In this document: positions 1 through 7,895 of the stretch, in pieces
Position numbering within the stretch: the stretch's first letter is position 1
How the letters are laid out: each line of letters begins with the position of its first letter
Assembly (NCBI GenBank): GCA_030697855.1
Contig: JAUYOU010000053.1
Location: 1 to 28,010, forward strand
Origin: a bacterium
GTDB lineage: Bacteria > Patescibacteriota > Minisyncoccia > JACQLN01
DNA: 28,010 nucleotides
Reading direction: 5' to 3'
Position numbers and translations under genes: made by a program
Notes under the pieces: model-generated
Told to the model about the DNA's origin: nothing
What the model saw: the letters and a program-made list of their open reading frames with translations, nothing else
Databases searched by the model: none

Positions 1-107
1 TCTTCATCCTCATCTTTATCGTCCAACTCTTCTTCTTGTGCGTCTACAGTATCGGACGCATCATCGTTGGGTATGTAATCATCACCGTAAGGCTTATTTT
101 TTTTCAT
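1..107 (-). CDS. Partial small acidic hypothetical protein (runs off the window edge)
   Basis: Manual translation from ATG at 107: MKKNKPYGDDYIPNDDASDTVDAQEEELDDKDEDE..., with no stop before base 1. A sigma70-like promoter lies upstream. Confidence 0.6.
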   Translation of the reverse strand, partial: MKKNKPYGDDYIPNDDASDTVDAQEEELDDKDEDE

Positions 108-156
108 ATTTTATTTATTATTAAGTCTTAAAGTCTTATCCTTTTTATTTTTATAC

Positions 157-185
157 AGAATACACGTAGCTTACACATAGGTCAA
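157..185 (-). promoter_or_regulatory. Putative sigma70 promoter for the acidic ORF
   Basis: Minus strand reads TTGACC (185-180), a 17-nt spacer, then TATTCT (162-157). Confidence 0.5.
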
Positions 186-200
186 GACCACTTTTACACA

Positions 201-320
201 CCCCGTAGTGAAATTTCCAGTTAAGTTGATTCATCTTAAATTTAGTAAAAAACGACGACGTCTAAAACTCCCATTAAAAACAAGATCATGCACACAGATT
301 CTGGAAATTCTACTGCGGGG
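201..320. repeat. REP/MITE-like element with imperfect terminal inverted repeats
   Basis: ccccgtagtgaaatttccag (201-220) and ctggaaattctactgcgggg (301-320) are 17/20 inverted. The right arm recurs at 26363-26381 (18/19). Confidence 0.75.
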
Positions 321-326
321 GCACAG

Positions 327-800
327 TTAAAAATCTCTTGTATTTGCCGAGCAGATAGCCACAGCTAGCGCGTCGGCCGCGTCATCTGGCTGAGGATCTT
401 CTTTTAGGGACAGTAACAACCTCACCATTTTTTGAACAGCCTTTTTGTCGGCTTTTCCATATGCGGAAACAGCCTGCTTCACTTGCAAAGGCGTAAATTC
501 TCTAATTTTTAAAGTATTTTTTAAACCAGCTAAAATTATTACACCTCGAGCCTCGCTAACTTGTGTTATTGTTTTAGCATTTTTAAAGAAAAAGAGTTTT
601 TCTATGGCCAACACTTCTGGTTTCCATTTTCTAATAATTTTATCAAAAGCATTATAAATAATTAATAATCCATCATTATGATCACTTTTAGCTTTTACCT
701 CTATACAACCATAATCCAACAAAGAGATATTATCTTCGTTTTTTTTGATTACCCCATAACCCACCCTATTAGTTCCAGGATCAACTCCTAAAATAACCAT
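327..800 (-). CDS. ruvC: Holliday junction resolvase RuvC
   Basis: ILGVDPG, LAIEKLFF, TPLQVKQAV and DDAADALAVAIC motifs. ATG at 800 is preferred over 812. Confidence 0.97.
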   Translation of the reverse strand: MVILGVDPGTNRVGYGVIKKNEDNISLLDYGCIEVKAKSDHNDGLLIIYNAFDKIIRKWKPEVLAIEKLFFFKNAKTITQVSEARGVIILAGLKNTLKIREFTPLQVKQAVSAYGKADKKAVQKMVRLLLSLKEDPQPDDAADALAVAICSANTRDF

Positions 801-801
801 T

Positions 802-1518
802 TTAGTTAGCATTAGTAAAAACCTCAGAAATATCTTCGTTGTTATCTAGCTCCTCTAGCAAGAAGCTCAGTTTACCCTCACTTTCTTTGGGTATGTCTAT
901 ATTGTTTTTCGCCACCCACTCGATACCAGAATCAATATTATTAATATTTTTTTGGGAAATAATATTTTTAAAATTTTCCAAATCTGATACCGCTACCACT
1001 ATCTCTATTGAACCATCTTCGAGAGTTATGTCTTCCGCATTATTTAAAATCGAGAATTCTTCTAACTCAGGAAAACTAATTCCTTCGCAAGGCATTCTTA
1101 AAATACCTTTTTCTTCGAAAAGCCATTTTACACTCCCTATTTCCGCCAAACGACCTCCATTATTCGAAAGTATGTGTTTAATTTCGGAAACAGTCCTGTT
1201 TCTATTAGAAGTAATGGCTAAAATAAGTATCGCTGCTCCGCTTGGACCATAAGCTTCGTATAAAATTTCTTCCAAAGAATCTTCTCCGGCTATAAGGCCT
1301 GCACCTTTTTTAATAGCTTTTTCTATATTAATAACAGGCATATTAGAAGCCTTTGCTTTATCTACGATAGCTTTTAAAGAAAAATTAGTCTTGGGATCAG
1401 CGCCTTTTTTAGCAGCTATTTCTATTAACTTAGATAACTTAGAAAACAACTGACCTTTTTTAGCGTCAGTTGCCTCTTTTTTTCTTTTAATTGTAGACCA
1501 TTTACTGTGACCAGACAT
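802..1518 (-). CDS. yebC: YebC/PmpR family protein
   Basis: MSGHSKWSTIKRKK N-terminus, YEAYGPSG and SNRNRTVSEIK; usual position upstream of ruvC. Confidence 0.96.
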   Translation of the reverse strand: MSGHSKWSTIKRKKEATDAKKGQLFSKLSKLIEIAAKKGADPKTNFSLKAIVDKAKASNMPVINIEKAIKKGAGLIAGEDSLEEILYEAYGPSGAAILILAITSNRNRTVSEIKHILSNNGGRLAEIGSVKWLFEEKGILRMPCEGISFPELEEFSILNNAEDITLEDGSIEIVVAVSDLENFKNIISQKNINNIDSGIEWVAKNNIDIPKESEGKLSFLLEELDNNEDISEVFTNAN

Positions 1519-1531
1519 GCCAAATTTATCT

Positions 1532-1626
1532 AAGAGCGAAGCGATTAGTTGTAAATTTGAGCACCCAGCACCTTTTTACTTTAAAAAGGTGCTGGGTAAG
1601 GTTTGACAGCCAATCGCTCTTCTCTT
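1532..1626. repeat. Long nested hairpin filling the dnaN-yebC spacer
   Basis: Perfect 16-bp stem acccagcaccttttta (1563-1578) / taaaaaggtgctgggt (1582-1597), with outer arms agcgatt/aatcgct and aagag/ctctt. Confidence 0.85.
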
Positions 1627-1629
1627 GGG

Positions 1630-2745
1630 TCAAGCCCTTATCGGCATTACTATATATAAAAACGAAGCATCTTCTAAGGATTTAACCAAACAAGGCTTTT
1701 GTTCGTCAATAAAATTAAAAACTGCCGTATTTCCTGTAATATTGGAAACTCCATCTATTAAATATCTCCAATTAAACTTTACTTCTAGTGCTTCTCCCGA
1801 CATATCTATTTTAAATTCAGAATCGTTTTCACCTAAATCACTATCCCCTGCATAAATAACCAGTCTTGGTCCTTCTTCTTTAACAAAAGATAATTTAATA
1901 TCGTTAACTTTACTAGAAAACAACCCAACTAATTTTATTAGTTTACTAAACCTATCTTTATCTAATTTAACAACAGTATTAAATTCACTAGGAATAAGTC
2001 TTTTGTAATCAGGGTAATTTCCTTCTATTAATCTGGAAACTATTTCTGTTTTATTTAATTCAAATCCTATTTGATTTTTTTCAAAAATGATATTTAAATC
2101 CTCGGTCTTATCAGAAAACACTCGTACAACCTCTGTAATGGTCTTAGAAGGCACGATCACAGAGAAAACGACATCTATATACTCTTCTTTTAATTCTATC
2201 TTCTTTTCCCCTAACCTGAAGCTATCTGTGGCCACTGCTGTTAAAAATTTTTCTCCAGAATTTTTATACAGCAAAACACCTGTTATTTCTGGCCTTGTTT
2301 CGGAATTAGAAACAAAACCAACTAACTGAGACAATGCTTTGCATATAATATTAGAATTTAAAGATATAACTAAATCATTATTAAGCTTAGGTATTATCGG
2401 AAAATCCTTAGCACTTTCTCCTTTTAAAGAAGCTTTATAACCCTCCGAAACAATATTTAAAATATTATCTCCTTTTACTTCTAAATTAGCTTTATCCGAA
2501 ATCAAAGAAGAAATAATACTGTGAAATATTTTTGCAGGCACTGTAATTTCTCCAGCCTGAACAACTTTACAAGGAAACCAAGAATTAACACCTATTTCTA
2601 AATTAGTGGAAGAAATCCTTATTCCATTCTTGTCTGATTTAATAAGAACATTATTAAGTATAGGTAAAGTAAGATGTCTAGTTACAACTCTTTCTGTATA
2701 TCCTAAAGATTCTTTTAATTTATCTATGTTACAGACTATTTCCAT
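1630..2745 (-). CDS. dnaN: DNA polymerase III beta sliding clamp
   Basis: STNLEIG, DFPIIP, VATDSFRL, SRLIEGNYPDYKRLIP and YIVMPIR motifs; downstream of dnaA. Confidence 0.98.
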   Translation of the reverse strand: MEIVCNIDKLKESLGYTERVVTRHLTLPILNNVLIKSDKNGIRISSTNLEIGVNSWFPCKVVQAGEITVPAKIFHSIISSLISDKANLEVKGDNILNIVSEGYKASLKGESAKDFPIIPKLNNDLVISLNSNIICKALSQLVGFVSNSETRPEITGVLLYKNSGEKFLTAVATDSFRLGEKKIELKEEYIDVVFSVIVPSKTITEVVRVFSDKTEDLNIIFEKNQIGFELNKTEIVSRLIEGNYPDYKRLIPSEFNTVVKLDKDRFSKLIKLVGLFSSKVNDIKLSFVKEEGPRLVIYAGDSDLGENDSEFKIDMSGEALEVKFNWRYLIDGVSNITGNTAVFNFIDEQKPCLVKSLEDASFLYIVMPIRA

Positions 2746-2998
2746 ATAATCTTATAATTATCTTTTATATATTTAATTAAATTAATATAACTATTAGCTA
2801 TCCACAGTTTTTATTTAATTAAATTATATTCAGATTTTATCTACGTTTTTAGTAAAAATGGTTGTGGAAAATAACAGGATTATTTTTAGATTAACGGTTG
2901 TTATTTTTGTATAACTTTTTGCTAAAAGTAGCTTTTTTAAATTTTCTGGATTTTTTAACAATTGCTCAACAACTTATTCCACAACTTTTCCATATTTT
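2746..2998. promoter_or_regulatory. Candidate oriC (DnaA boxes plus AT-rich unwinding element)
   Basis: DnaA-box-like 9-mers: ctatccaca 2798-2806, tgtggaaaa 2863-2871, tttgtataa 2906-2914, tattccaca 2975-2983, ttttccata 2986-2994. There is a nearly pure A/T tract at about 2746-2795. Confidence 0.75.
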
Positions 2999-4372
2999 TT
3001 ACGATTCGTAAATTCGGTTTTTAATTATACTTAATTCTTCAACTAAGTTTTCGTTGTTTTGAATTTCTTTATTTATTTTACCGCAGGCATGCATAACCGT
3101 GGTGTGATCCCTACCGCCAAATCTGTCGCCTATAAAAGGATAAGAACTTTTTAGTTCTTCGCGCATCAAATACATACATATTTGGCGTGGCAAAACTATT
3201 TCTCTTTTACGGGACTGGTTAATTAATTCTTCTTCTCTTATATCGTAAAATTCGGATACTATTTTAATTATTGCTTTAGGCGAAGTTTTAGCGTTATTAG
3301 ATGAATTTGTTGTAGCTAAAATAGATTTAACTTTTTCTAGTGTAGGCGTTAAATTTGCAACCTTACAAGACATAACCACTCTATTTAAAGACCCCTCTAA
3401 TTCCCTTATGTTTTTAGTTACGGTGTTGGCTATAAAACCTAAAATACTGTCGTCTAAATCTCCTAGGTTTTTCTCTATTAATTTGGCTTTTAAAATAGCC
3501 ATTCTTGTTTCGTAATCGGGTGGGGTTATGTCTGCTATCATTCCGCCCTCAAACCTACTTCTTAAACGTTCCTCTAGTGTGGTGATAGCTTTTGGTGGCC
3601 TATCCGAAGACAAAACTATCTGGTTATTATTAGCGTAGAGTTCGTTAAAAATATGGAAAAATTCTTCTTGAGTTTTTTCCTTACCAGCAATAAATTGAAT
3701 ATCGTCGACTATTAAAAGATTGATTTTTTTATACTCTTCTTTAAACTTATCTATGGTTTTATTTTTTATGGAATTAATCAAATCTCCCAAAAACTTTTCC
3801 GAAGACATGTAGCGTACCTTACTCTTAGGGTTTTGCTTAATCAATTCGTTACCGATCGATTGAAGTAAATGAGTCTTACCTAAACCCACTCCTCCATAAA
3901 TAAACAAAGGATTATAAGTTGTTCCAATATTTTTACTAACAGCAATAGCAGCTGCATGGGCTAGTTGGTTCGATGACCCAACTATAAATGTATCGAATGT
4001 ATATTTGTGGTTTAAATTAGTTTCTTTATCTAAAACTGCGGATTCCGATAAATTTAACTGATGATCTAATAAGATAGGGTTTGGAATATCTTTCTTTTTT
4101 AAATTTTTCTTATCCTCCGCAGATAATTGCGGCTTAATCAAAAATTTTACCTCTTTAATATCGTTAGATATTCCTCTAAGGGTTTTTAATATTAGGAGGT
4201 TATACTTATCTTCCAACCATTCCTTTATAAAGGCACTGGGAGTTGAGACTAAAACCACCCCTTCTTTTTTAGAAGCTATGGAAGTATTTTTAAACCATGT
4301 AATAAAGTTAGGTTTAGAGAGAGAAAGTTCTAATTCGGCTAACGCCGCTTGCCAGAGTTCGTCTTTGTCCAT
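2999..4372 (-). CDS. dnaA: Chromosomal replication initiator DnaA
   Basis: YTFDTFIVG, YNPLFIYGGVGLGKTHL (Walker A), LLIVDDIQF, RLRSRFEGG and GGRDHTTVMHA. Confidence 0.99.
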   Translation of the reverse strand: MDKDELWQAALAELELSLSKPNFITWFKNTSIASKKEGVVLVSTPSAFIKEWLEDKYNLLILKTLRGISNDIKEVKFLIKPQLSAEDKKNLKKKDIPNPILLDHQLNLSESAVLDKETNLNHKYTFDTFIVGSSNQLAHAAAIAVSKNIGTTYNPLFIYGGVGLGKTHLLQSIGNELIKQNPKSKVRYMSSEKFLGDLINSIKNKTIDKFKEEYKKINLLIVDDIQFIAGKEKTQEEFFHIFNELYANNNQIVLSSDRPPKAITTLEERLRSRFEGGMIADITPPDYETRMAILKAKLIEKNLGDLDDSILGFIANTVTKNIRELEGSLNRVVMSCKVANLTPTLEKVKSILATTNSSNNAKTSPKAIIKIVSEFYDIREEELINQSRKREIVLPRQICMYLMREELKSSYPFIGDRFGGRDHTTVMHACGKINKEIQNNENLVEELSIIKNRIYES

Positions 4373-4549
4373 TTTTTTGGTGGGTTTTAATAAACTATTT
4401 TTTAAAATCTTTCTCTAACCCTTTAGCGAACGTTGTTGCCGAATCTCCGTAAATATTCTCCAGTAGATTTTATTCCAAGAACTCTTTTAACGTTGGGAAT
4501 TATATCACGCTACGCAAATAATAAAATTTGTTAAGCAATTATACCAAAC

Positions 4550-4580
4550 TGTGGATAACTTGTTGAGTAAATGTGTAATA
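4550..4580. promoter_or_regulatory. DnaA boxes upstream of dnaA
   Basis: Perfect box tgtggataa at 4550-4558 and a one-mismatch box tgtgtaata at 4572-4580. Confidence 0.7.
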
Positions 4581-4633
4581 AAACTTGCCTAGTTTGTAAA
4601 ATTATTTTACGCAAGAAAACTTAAGGGCTAATA

Positions 4634-4662
4634 TTGTCCAATTTTTATATTATTGCTAGACT
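4634..4662 (+). promoter_or_regulatory. Putative sigma70 promoter of the rpmH operon
   Basis: TTGTCC (4634-4639), a 17-nt spacer, then TAGACT (4657-4662) preceded by an extended TG at 4654-4655. Confidence 0.55.
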
Positions 4663-4678
4663 AGATTCATCCATTATT

Positions 4679-4822
4679 ATGAAAATAACTAAATATAGAC
4701 CAAAGAATAAGAAAAGAGCCAGAACACACGGTTTTTTGAATAGAATGTCTACTTATACAGGACGAAATACTGTAAAAAGACGCAGGGCAAAAGGCAGAAA
4801 GAGTCTAACTGTTTCTCGTTAG
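4679..4822 (+). CDS. rpmH: 50S ribosomal protein L34
   Basis: [25 protein letters not shown]...[11 protein letters not shown]; ATG at 4679; divergent from dnaA. Confidence 0.96.
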   Translation: MKITKYRPKNKKRARTHGFLNRMSTYTGRNTVKRRRAKGRKSLTVSR

Positions 4823-4834
4823 TTTTTATATAAA

Positions 4835-5098
4835 ATGAAGCGTTCTGGTAAGTTTTTCGTTGTTTATACAAGCACTCTAGAGGTTGGTAAAACACCTAGA
4901 ACCGATATTGTGGTTGGAATAAATGTGTCTAAAAAAGCTGTTTTAAGAAATAAAATTAAAAGACAGACGAGGGAGATTCTTATGGGGCTGGGCATCAAGA
5001 CTGTTATAAATTTAAAAGTAGTTGCTCTACCACTTACTTTAGAGGCTAAGTTTAGCGAACTCAAGTTAGATCTAGAGAGGACTTTAAGCGCTTTATAA
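4835..5098 (+). CDS. rnpA: RNase P protein component (N-terminally shortened)
   Basis: RNR motif KKAVLRNKIKRQTRE; located between rpmH and yidD; only 87 aa. Confidence 0.85.
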   Translation: MKRSGKFFVVYTSTLEVGKTPRTDIVVGINVSKKAVLRNKIKRQTREILMGLGIKTVINLKVVALPLTLEAKFSELKLDLERTLSAL

Positions 5099-5099
5099 A

Positions 5100-5330
5100 A
5101 TGAAAAAGATAGCAATAGCGTTAATTAAGGCTTATCAAAAAACCCTGTCCCCCAGTACGGGTTTTTTTAATTTTATTTATTCCTTGTCTATTTTTAGAAT
5201 AAGTTCCGCCTTACCCATTGGATGTAAGTATGAAAAAAGTTGTTCTCAGTATTCAATAGAGAGTATAAGTAGTTTTGGATTATTAAAAGGTTTAAGACTT
5301 TCCATTGTAAGAGTTTATAATTGCAGATAA
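5100..5330 (+). CDS. yidD: Membrane protein insertion efficiency factor YidD
   Basis: LIKAYQKTLSP, CKYEKSCSQY and GLLKGLRLSIVRVYNC; synteny with rnpA and yidC. Confidence 0.88.
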   Translation: MKKIAIALIKAYQKTLSPSTGFFNFIYSLSIFRISSALPIGCKYEKSCSQYSIESISSFGLLKGLRLSIVRVYNCR

Positions 5331-5331
5331 T

Positions 5332-6051
5332 ATGATTTCTATTTTTAACGAATTTTTGTATCGCCCACTGTTTAATCTTTTGGTGTTTTTATACAACACT
5401 ATACCGGGTACCGATATAGGTATTGCCATAATTGCTGTAACAGCAGTTGTTAAGCTTGTTTTTTGGCCACTAACGGGTAAAGCAGTTAAATCCCAAAAAG
5501 CTTTGCAAGAGATTCAGCCTAAAATCAAAGAAATTCAGGAAAAATATAAAGACAATAAGGAAGAACAGTCCAGAAAATTGATGGAGTTTTATAAAGAAAA
5601 TAAAGTTAACCCAATGTCTGGGTGCTTTCCTTTGTTGGTTCAAATACCTATTCTTATTGCTTTATACCAAGTCTTTCTTAAAGGATTTGATCCTAAAAGT
5701 TTATCGAGTTTATATTATTTTGTTAGCAACCCAGGAGTTATTAACCCAATATTTTTGGGTTTTGTTAATTTAGCGCTACCAAATAGTATTTTTGCAATAT
5801 TGGCCGGTGTAAGCCAATTTTTTCAAGCAAAAATGACTATGCCTAAAAACAGTAAACTTCCTAATGCTCCAAAAAGTTCCGATGAATATATAACTCAAGC
5901 AATCTCTAAGCAAACTTTGTATTTTTTACCTGTGTTTACCGTTTTAATTTCTTGGAAATTACCTTCCGGACTCGCCCTTTATTGGGTAGTTACAACTTTA
6001 TTTACCCTGTTTCAGCAGTATGTTATTATGCGTTCCACTAGAGTTCGCTAA
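5332..6051 (+). CDS. yidC: YidC/Oxa1 membrane protein insertase (short form)
   Basis: LQEIQPKIKEIQEKYK, NPMSGCFPLLVQIPILIALYQVF and LPSGLALYWVVTTLF. Confidence 0.97.
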   Translation: MISIFNEFLYRPLFNLLVFLYNTIPGTDIGIAIIAVTAVVKLVFWPLTGKAVKSQKALQEIQPKIKEIQEKYKDNKEEQSRKLMEFYKENKVNPMSGCFPLLVQIPILIALYQVFLKGFDPKSLSSLYYFVSNPGVINPIFLGFVNLALPNSIFAILAGVSQFFQAKMTMPKNSKLPNAPKSSDEYITQAISKQTLYFLPVFTVLISWKLPSGLALYWVVTTLFTLFQQYVIMRSTRVR

Positions 6052-6124
6052 TATGGCTAATCGGTGCTAATATAGCGAATGAATTTTTATTAGCTATATT
6101 CGCGTCAATTCGTATATTAGCGAA
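6044..6124. repeat. Palindromic intergenic element of the acgaat/attcgt family (empty)
   Basis: 11-bp perfect terminal IR ttcgctaatat (6044-6054) / atattagcgaa (6114-6124), with internal gctaat/attagc and gcgaat/attcgc units. It contains the yidC stop codon. Confidence 0.8.
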
Positions 6125-6129
6125 AACTT

Positions 6130-6588
6130 ATGGAAAAGACAGAAATAATACGGGAAACTATTTCAAAAATATTTGGTTTTTTAAATATTGAACCAAATAT
6201 AACAATAGAAAATATAAACGGGCGTACCAGAGCCAATGTTTCTACTGCTGAGGCAGGTTTTTTAATTGGCCGAGACGGAGAGAATCTAAGATCTTTTCAG
6301 CACATAGTATCTTTATTGGTGGCTAAAAAAACTGGAGATTTTTCTGTATTCTCCAGTTTTGTGTTCGATATTAATAATTATCAGAAAGAAAAAGAAGACT
6401 ATTTAATAGCTCTCGTCAAAAATAGTGCCGCTAAGGTTTTAGAAACAGGTCAAATAGTAGAGTTAGAGGCTATGTCTGCCTTTGAGAGAAAGATAGTGCA
6501 TATAACAATAGAACAAATTGACGGGGTTAAGAGCGAAAGTATTGGAGACGGAGAAGATAGAAGAGTCATCATAAGCCCAAGGGCTTAA
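6130..6588 (+). CDS. jag: Jag/EloR/KhpB-like RNA-binding protein (KH plus R3H, no Jag_N)
   Basis: KH GxxG motif LIGRDGENL and R3H motif MSAFERKIVH; follows yidC. Confidence 0.9.
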   Translation: MEKTEIIRETISKIFGFLNIEPNITIENINGRTRANVSTAEAGFLIGRDGENLRSFQHIVSLLVAKKTGDFSVFSSFVFDINNYQKEKEDYLIALVKNSAAKVLETGQIVELEAMSAFERKIVHITIEQIDGVKSESIGDGEDRRVIISPRA

Positions 6589-6738
6589 ATTACAAAATAC
6601 AAATCCCAAATTACAAATAAGCACAAAATTCAAAATCCTAAACTCCTAAACTCCTAAACTCCTAAACTCAAAGCTTTGGATATTAGAATTTAGATATTAG
6701 AATTTGTTTGTGATTTGTTATTTGGTACTTGAGATTTG
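6589..6738. repeat. Inverted array of short repeats with an internal 8-mer tandem tract
   Basis: Left arm aaatacaaatcccaaattacaaat; (TCCTAAAC)x4 at 6636-6667; centre aaagcttt 6670-6677; gatattagaattt x2; right arm tttgtttgtgatttgttatttgg. Confidence 0.85.
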
Positions 6739-6740
6739 CT

Positions 6741-7874
6741 TTAAAGCGTTAAGCGATATAAACGCCCGTCTATTTTATTTATAAAGAATAAATATGTTTC
6801 GTCGGGCATAACAAATAAGTTTGAGGCATCAAAAGACCCCTCTATTATTTTTTGTATTTGCCCTGTTTCGGTGTTTATTCTAATGATTTCTTCTCCTTCT
6901 GAACGAACTCTCCTTTTGTAGTAGTCGTCGGGCATTATAAAGTTATCGGGATCGGTAACTTTAAACACAGAACATAATATTACCCTCTCGTCCTGTGTCC
7001 ATGTACATTTTTCGGGCAAGGAAAATAAATTAATGTTACTTTCTGTTTTTTTATCTAAATTTATACTAGAAAGTTTTAAACTGCGCCCTCCAGAATCTGT
7101 TTTGGAAACAAGGATTCTTTTTCCCGAAGGCGAAAAACTAGTGGTTAAGCCATATTCTCCACCCAAGACCCTAGTTGTTTTTTTGTTTTTAATATTAAGC
7201 AGGTAAACTATTCCAGTAGCAAAACCAGAAGGCTTTGTTTCTATAGATATATTATCCGCATTAACCCACTTTATTTTAATGTCCGGAATTTTTGTTGGGA
7301 TAATATCTTTATTTTTTGAAAACTCATCGTAATTTAAGGCTATTTTTTTGCCATTTCTATCGGAATAAACAATAGCCACCTCTTTGTTGCTGTTACCCAA
7401 CGAAACATCTTCTGTTTCTTGAGACAGGGTTTTTAAGGTTTTACTATTAACGTCGTATATTATAAATCTGGTAGCACCCGAAGCTAAACTATATTTAAAA
7501 GATAAAAGTTCGCCCGAACTAGAAACATTAACTTCGCCTATTCTATCTACTGCTACTAAGCCAATTTTGTTTTTGCCACCTCCATTTAAGCTAATTTGAT
7601 TTATACTGCCATCCCAAGCGGCATAAACAATCTTGCTTACCCCAGCTTCTTTGTCGGTTGTGTTAAGCCCAGCGCCTAAAACAGCCTCATCTGTTATAGG
7701 AATTAATCTTTCTTTGGCGTTTGGGGTTAATTCTCCTCCTAATAATTCTTCGTTGGTTGTTACTGGAGAAGTTTCTACGGTTTTTTTAAAGAAAAAATAA
7801 TATATACCAAAACCTATTAAGGTTAAGCCTAAAATTACGGCTAAAATTATTAATATTTTTTTTGATCTCGTCAT
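6741..7874 (-). CDS. Single-TM anchored exported protein, probable beta-propeller/TolB-like fold
   Basis: N-terminal TM (ILIILAVILGLTLIGFGIYYFFF); repeated beta-rich segments (FSPSGKRILVS, WTQDERVILC); conserved Cys pair. Confidence 0.6.
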   Translation of the reverse strand: MTRSKKILIILAVILGLTLIGFGIYYFFFKKTVETSPVTTNEELLGGELTPNAKERLIPITDEAVLGAGLNTTDKEAGVSKIVYAAWDGSINQISLNGGGKNKIGLVAVDRIGEVNVSSSGELLSFKYSLASGATRFIIYDVNSKTLKTLSQETEDVSLGNSNKEVAIVYSDRNGKKIALNYDEFSKNKDIIPTKIPDIKIKWVNADNISIETKPSGFATGIVYLLNIKNKKTTRVLGGEYGLTTSFSPSGKRILVSKTDSGGRSLKLSSINLDKKTESNINLFSLPEKCTWTQDERVILCSVFKVTDPDNFIMPDDYYKRRVRSEGEEIIRINTETGQIQKIIEGSFDASNLFVMPDETYLFFINKIDGRLYRLTL

Positions 7875-7895
7875 TTTTTAAGTATGGTTTTTTCT

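Noticed and set aside
1630-1632. Genetic code 25 (TGA=Gly)
   Set aside because: DnaN terminates at TGA exactly at its normal C-terminus, and the porin-like gene ends Phe-TGA before a terminator.
4634-4678. N-terminal extension of L34 from TTG 4634
   Set aside because: The region is the predicted promoter; the L34 family start matches ATG at 4679.
6589-6738. CRISPR array interpretation of the repeats
   Set aside because: There are no 23-50 nt repeats separated by unique spacers and no cas genes.
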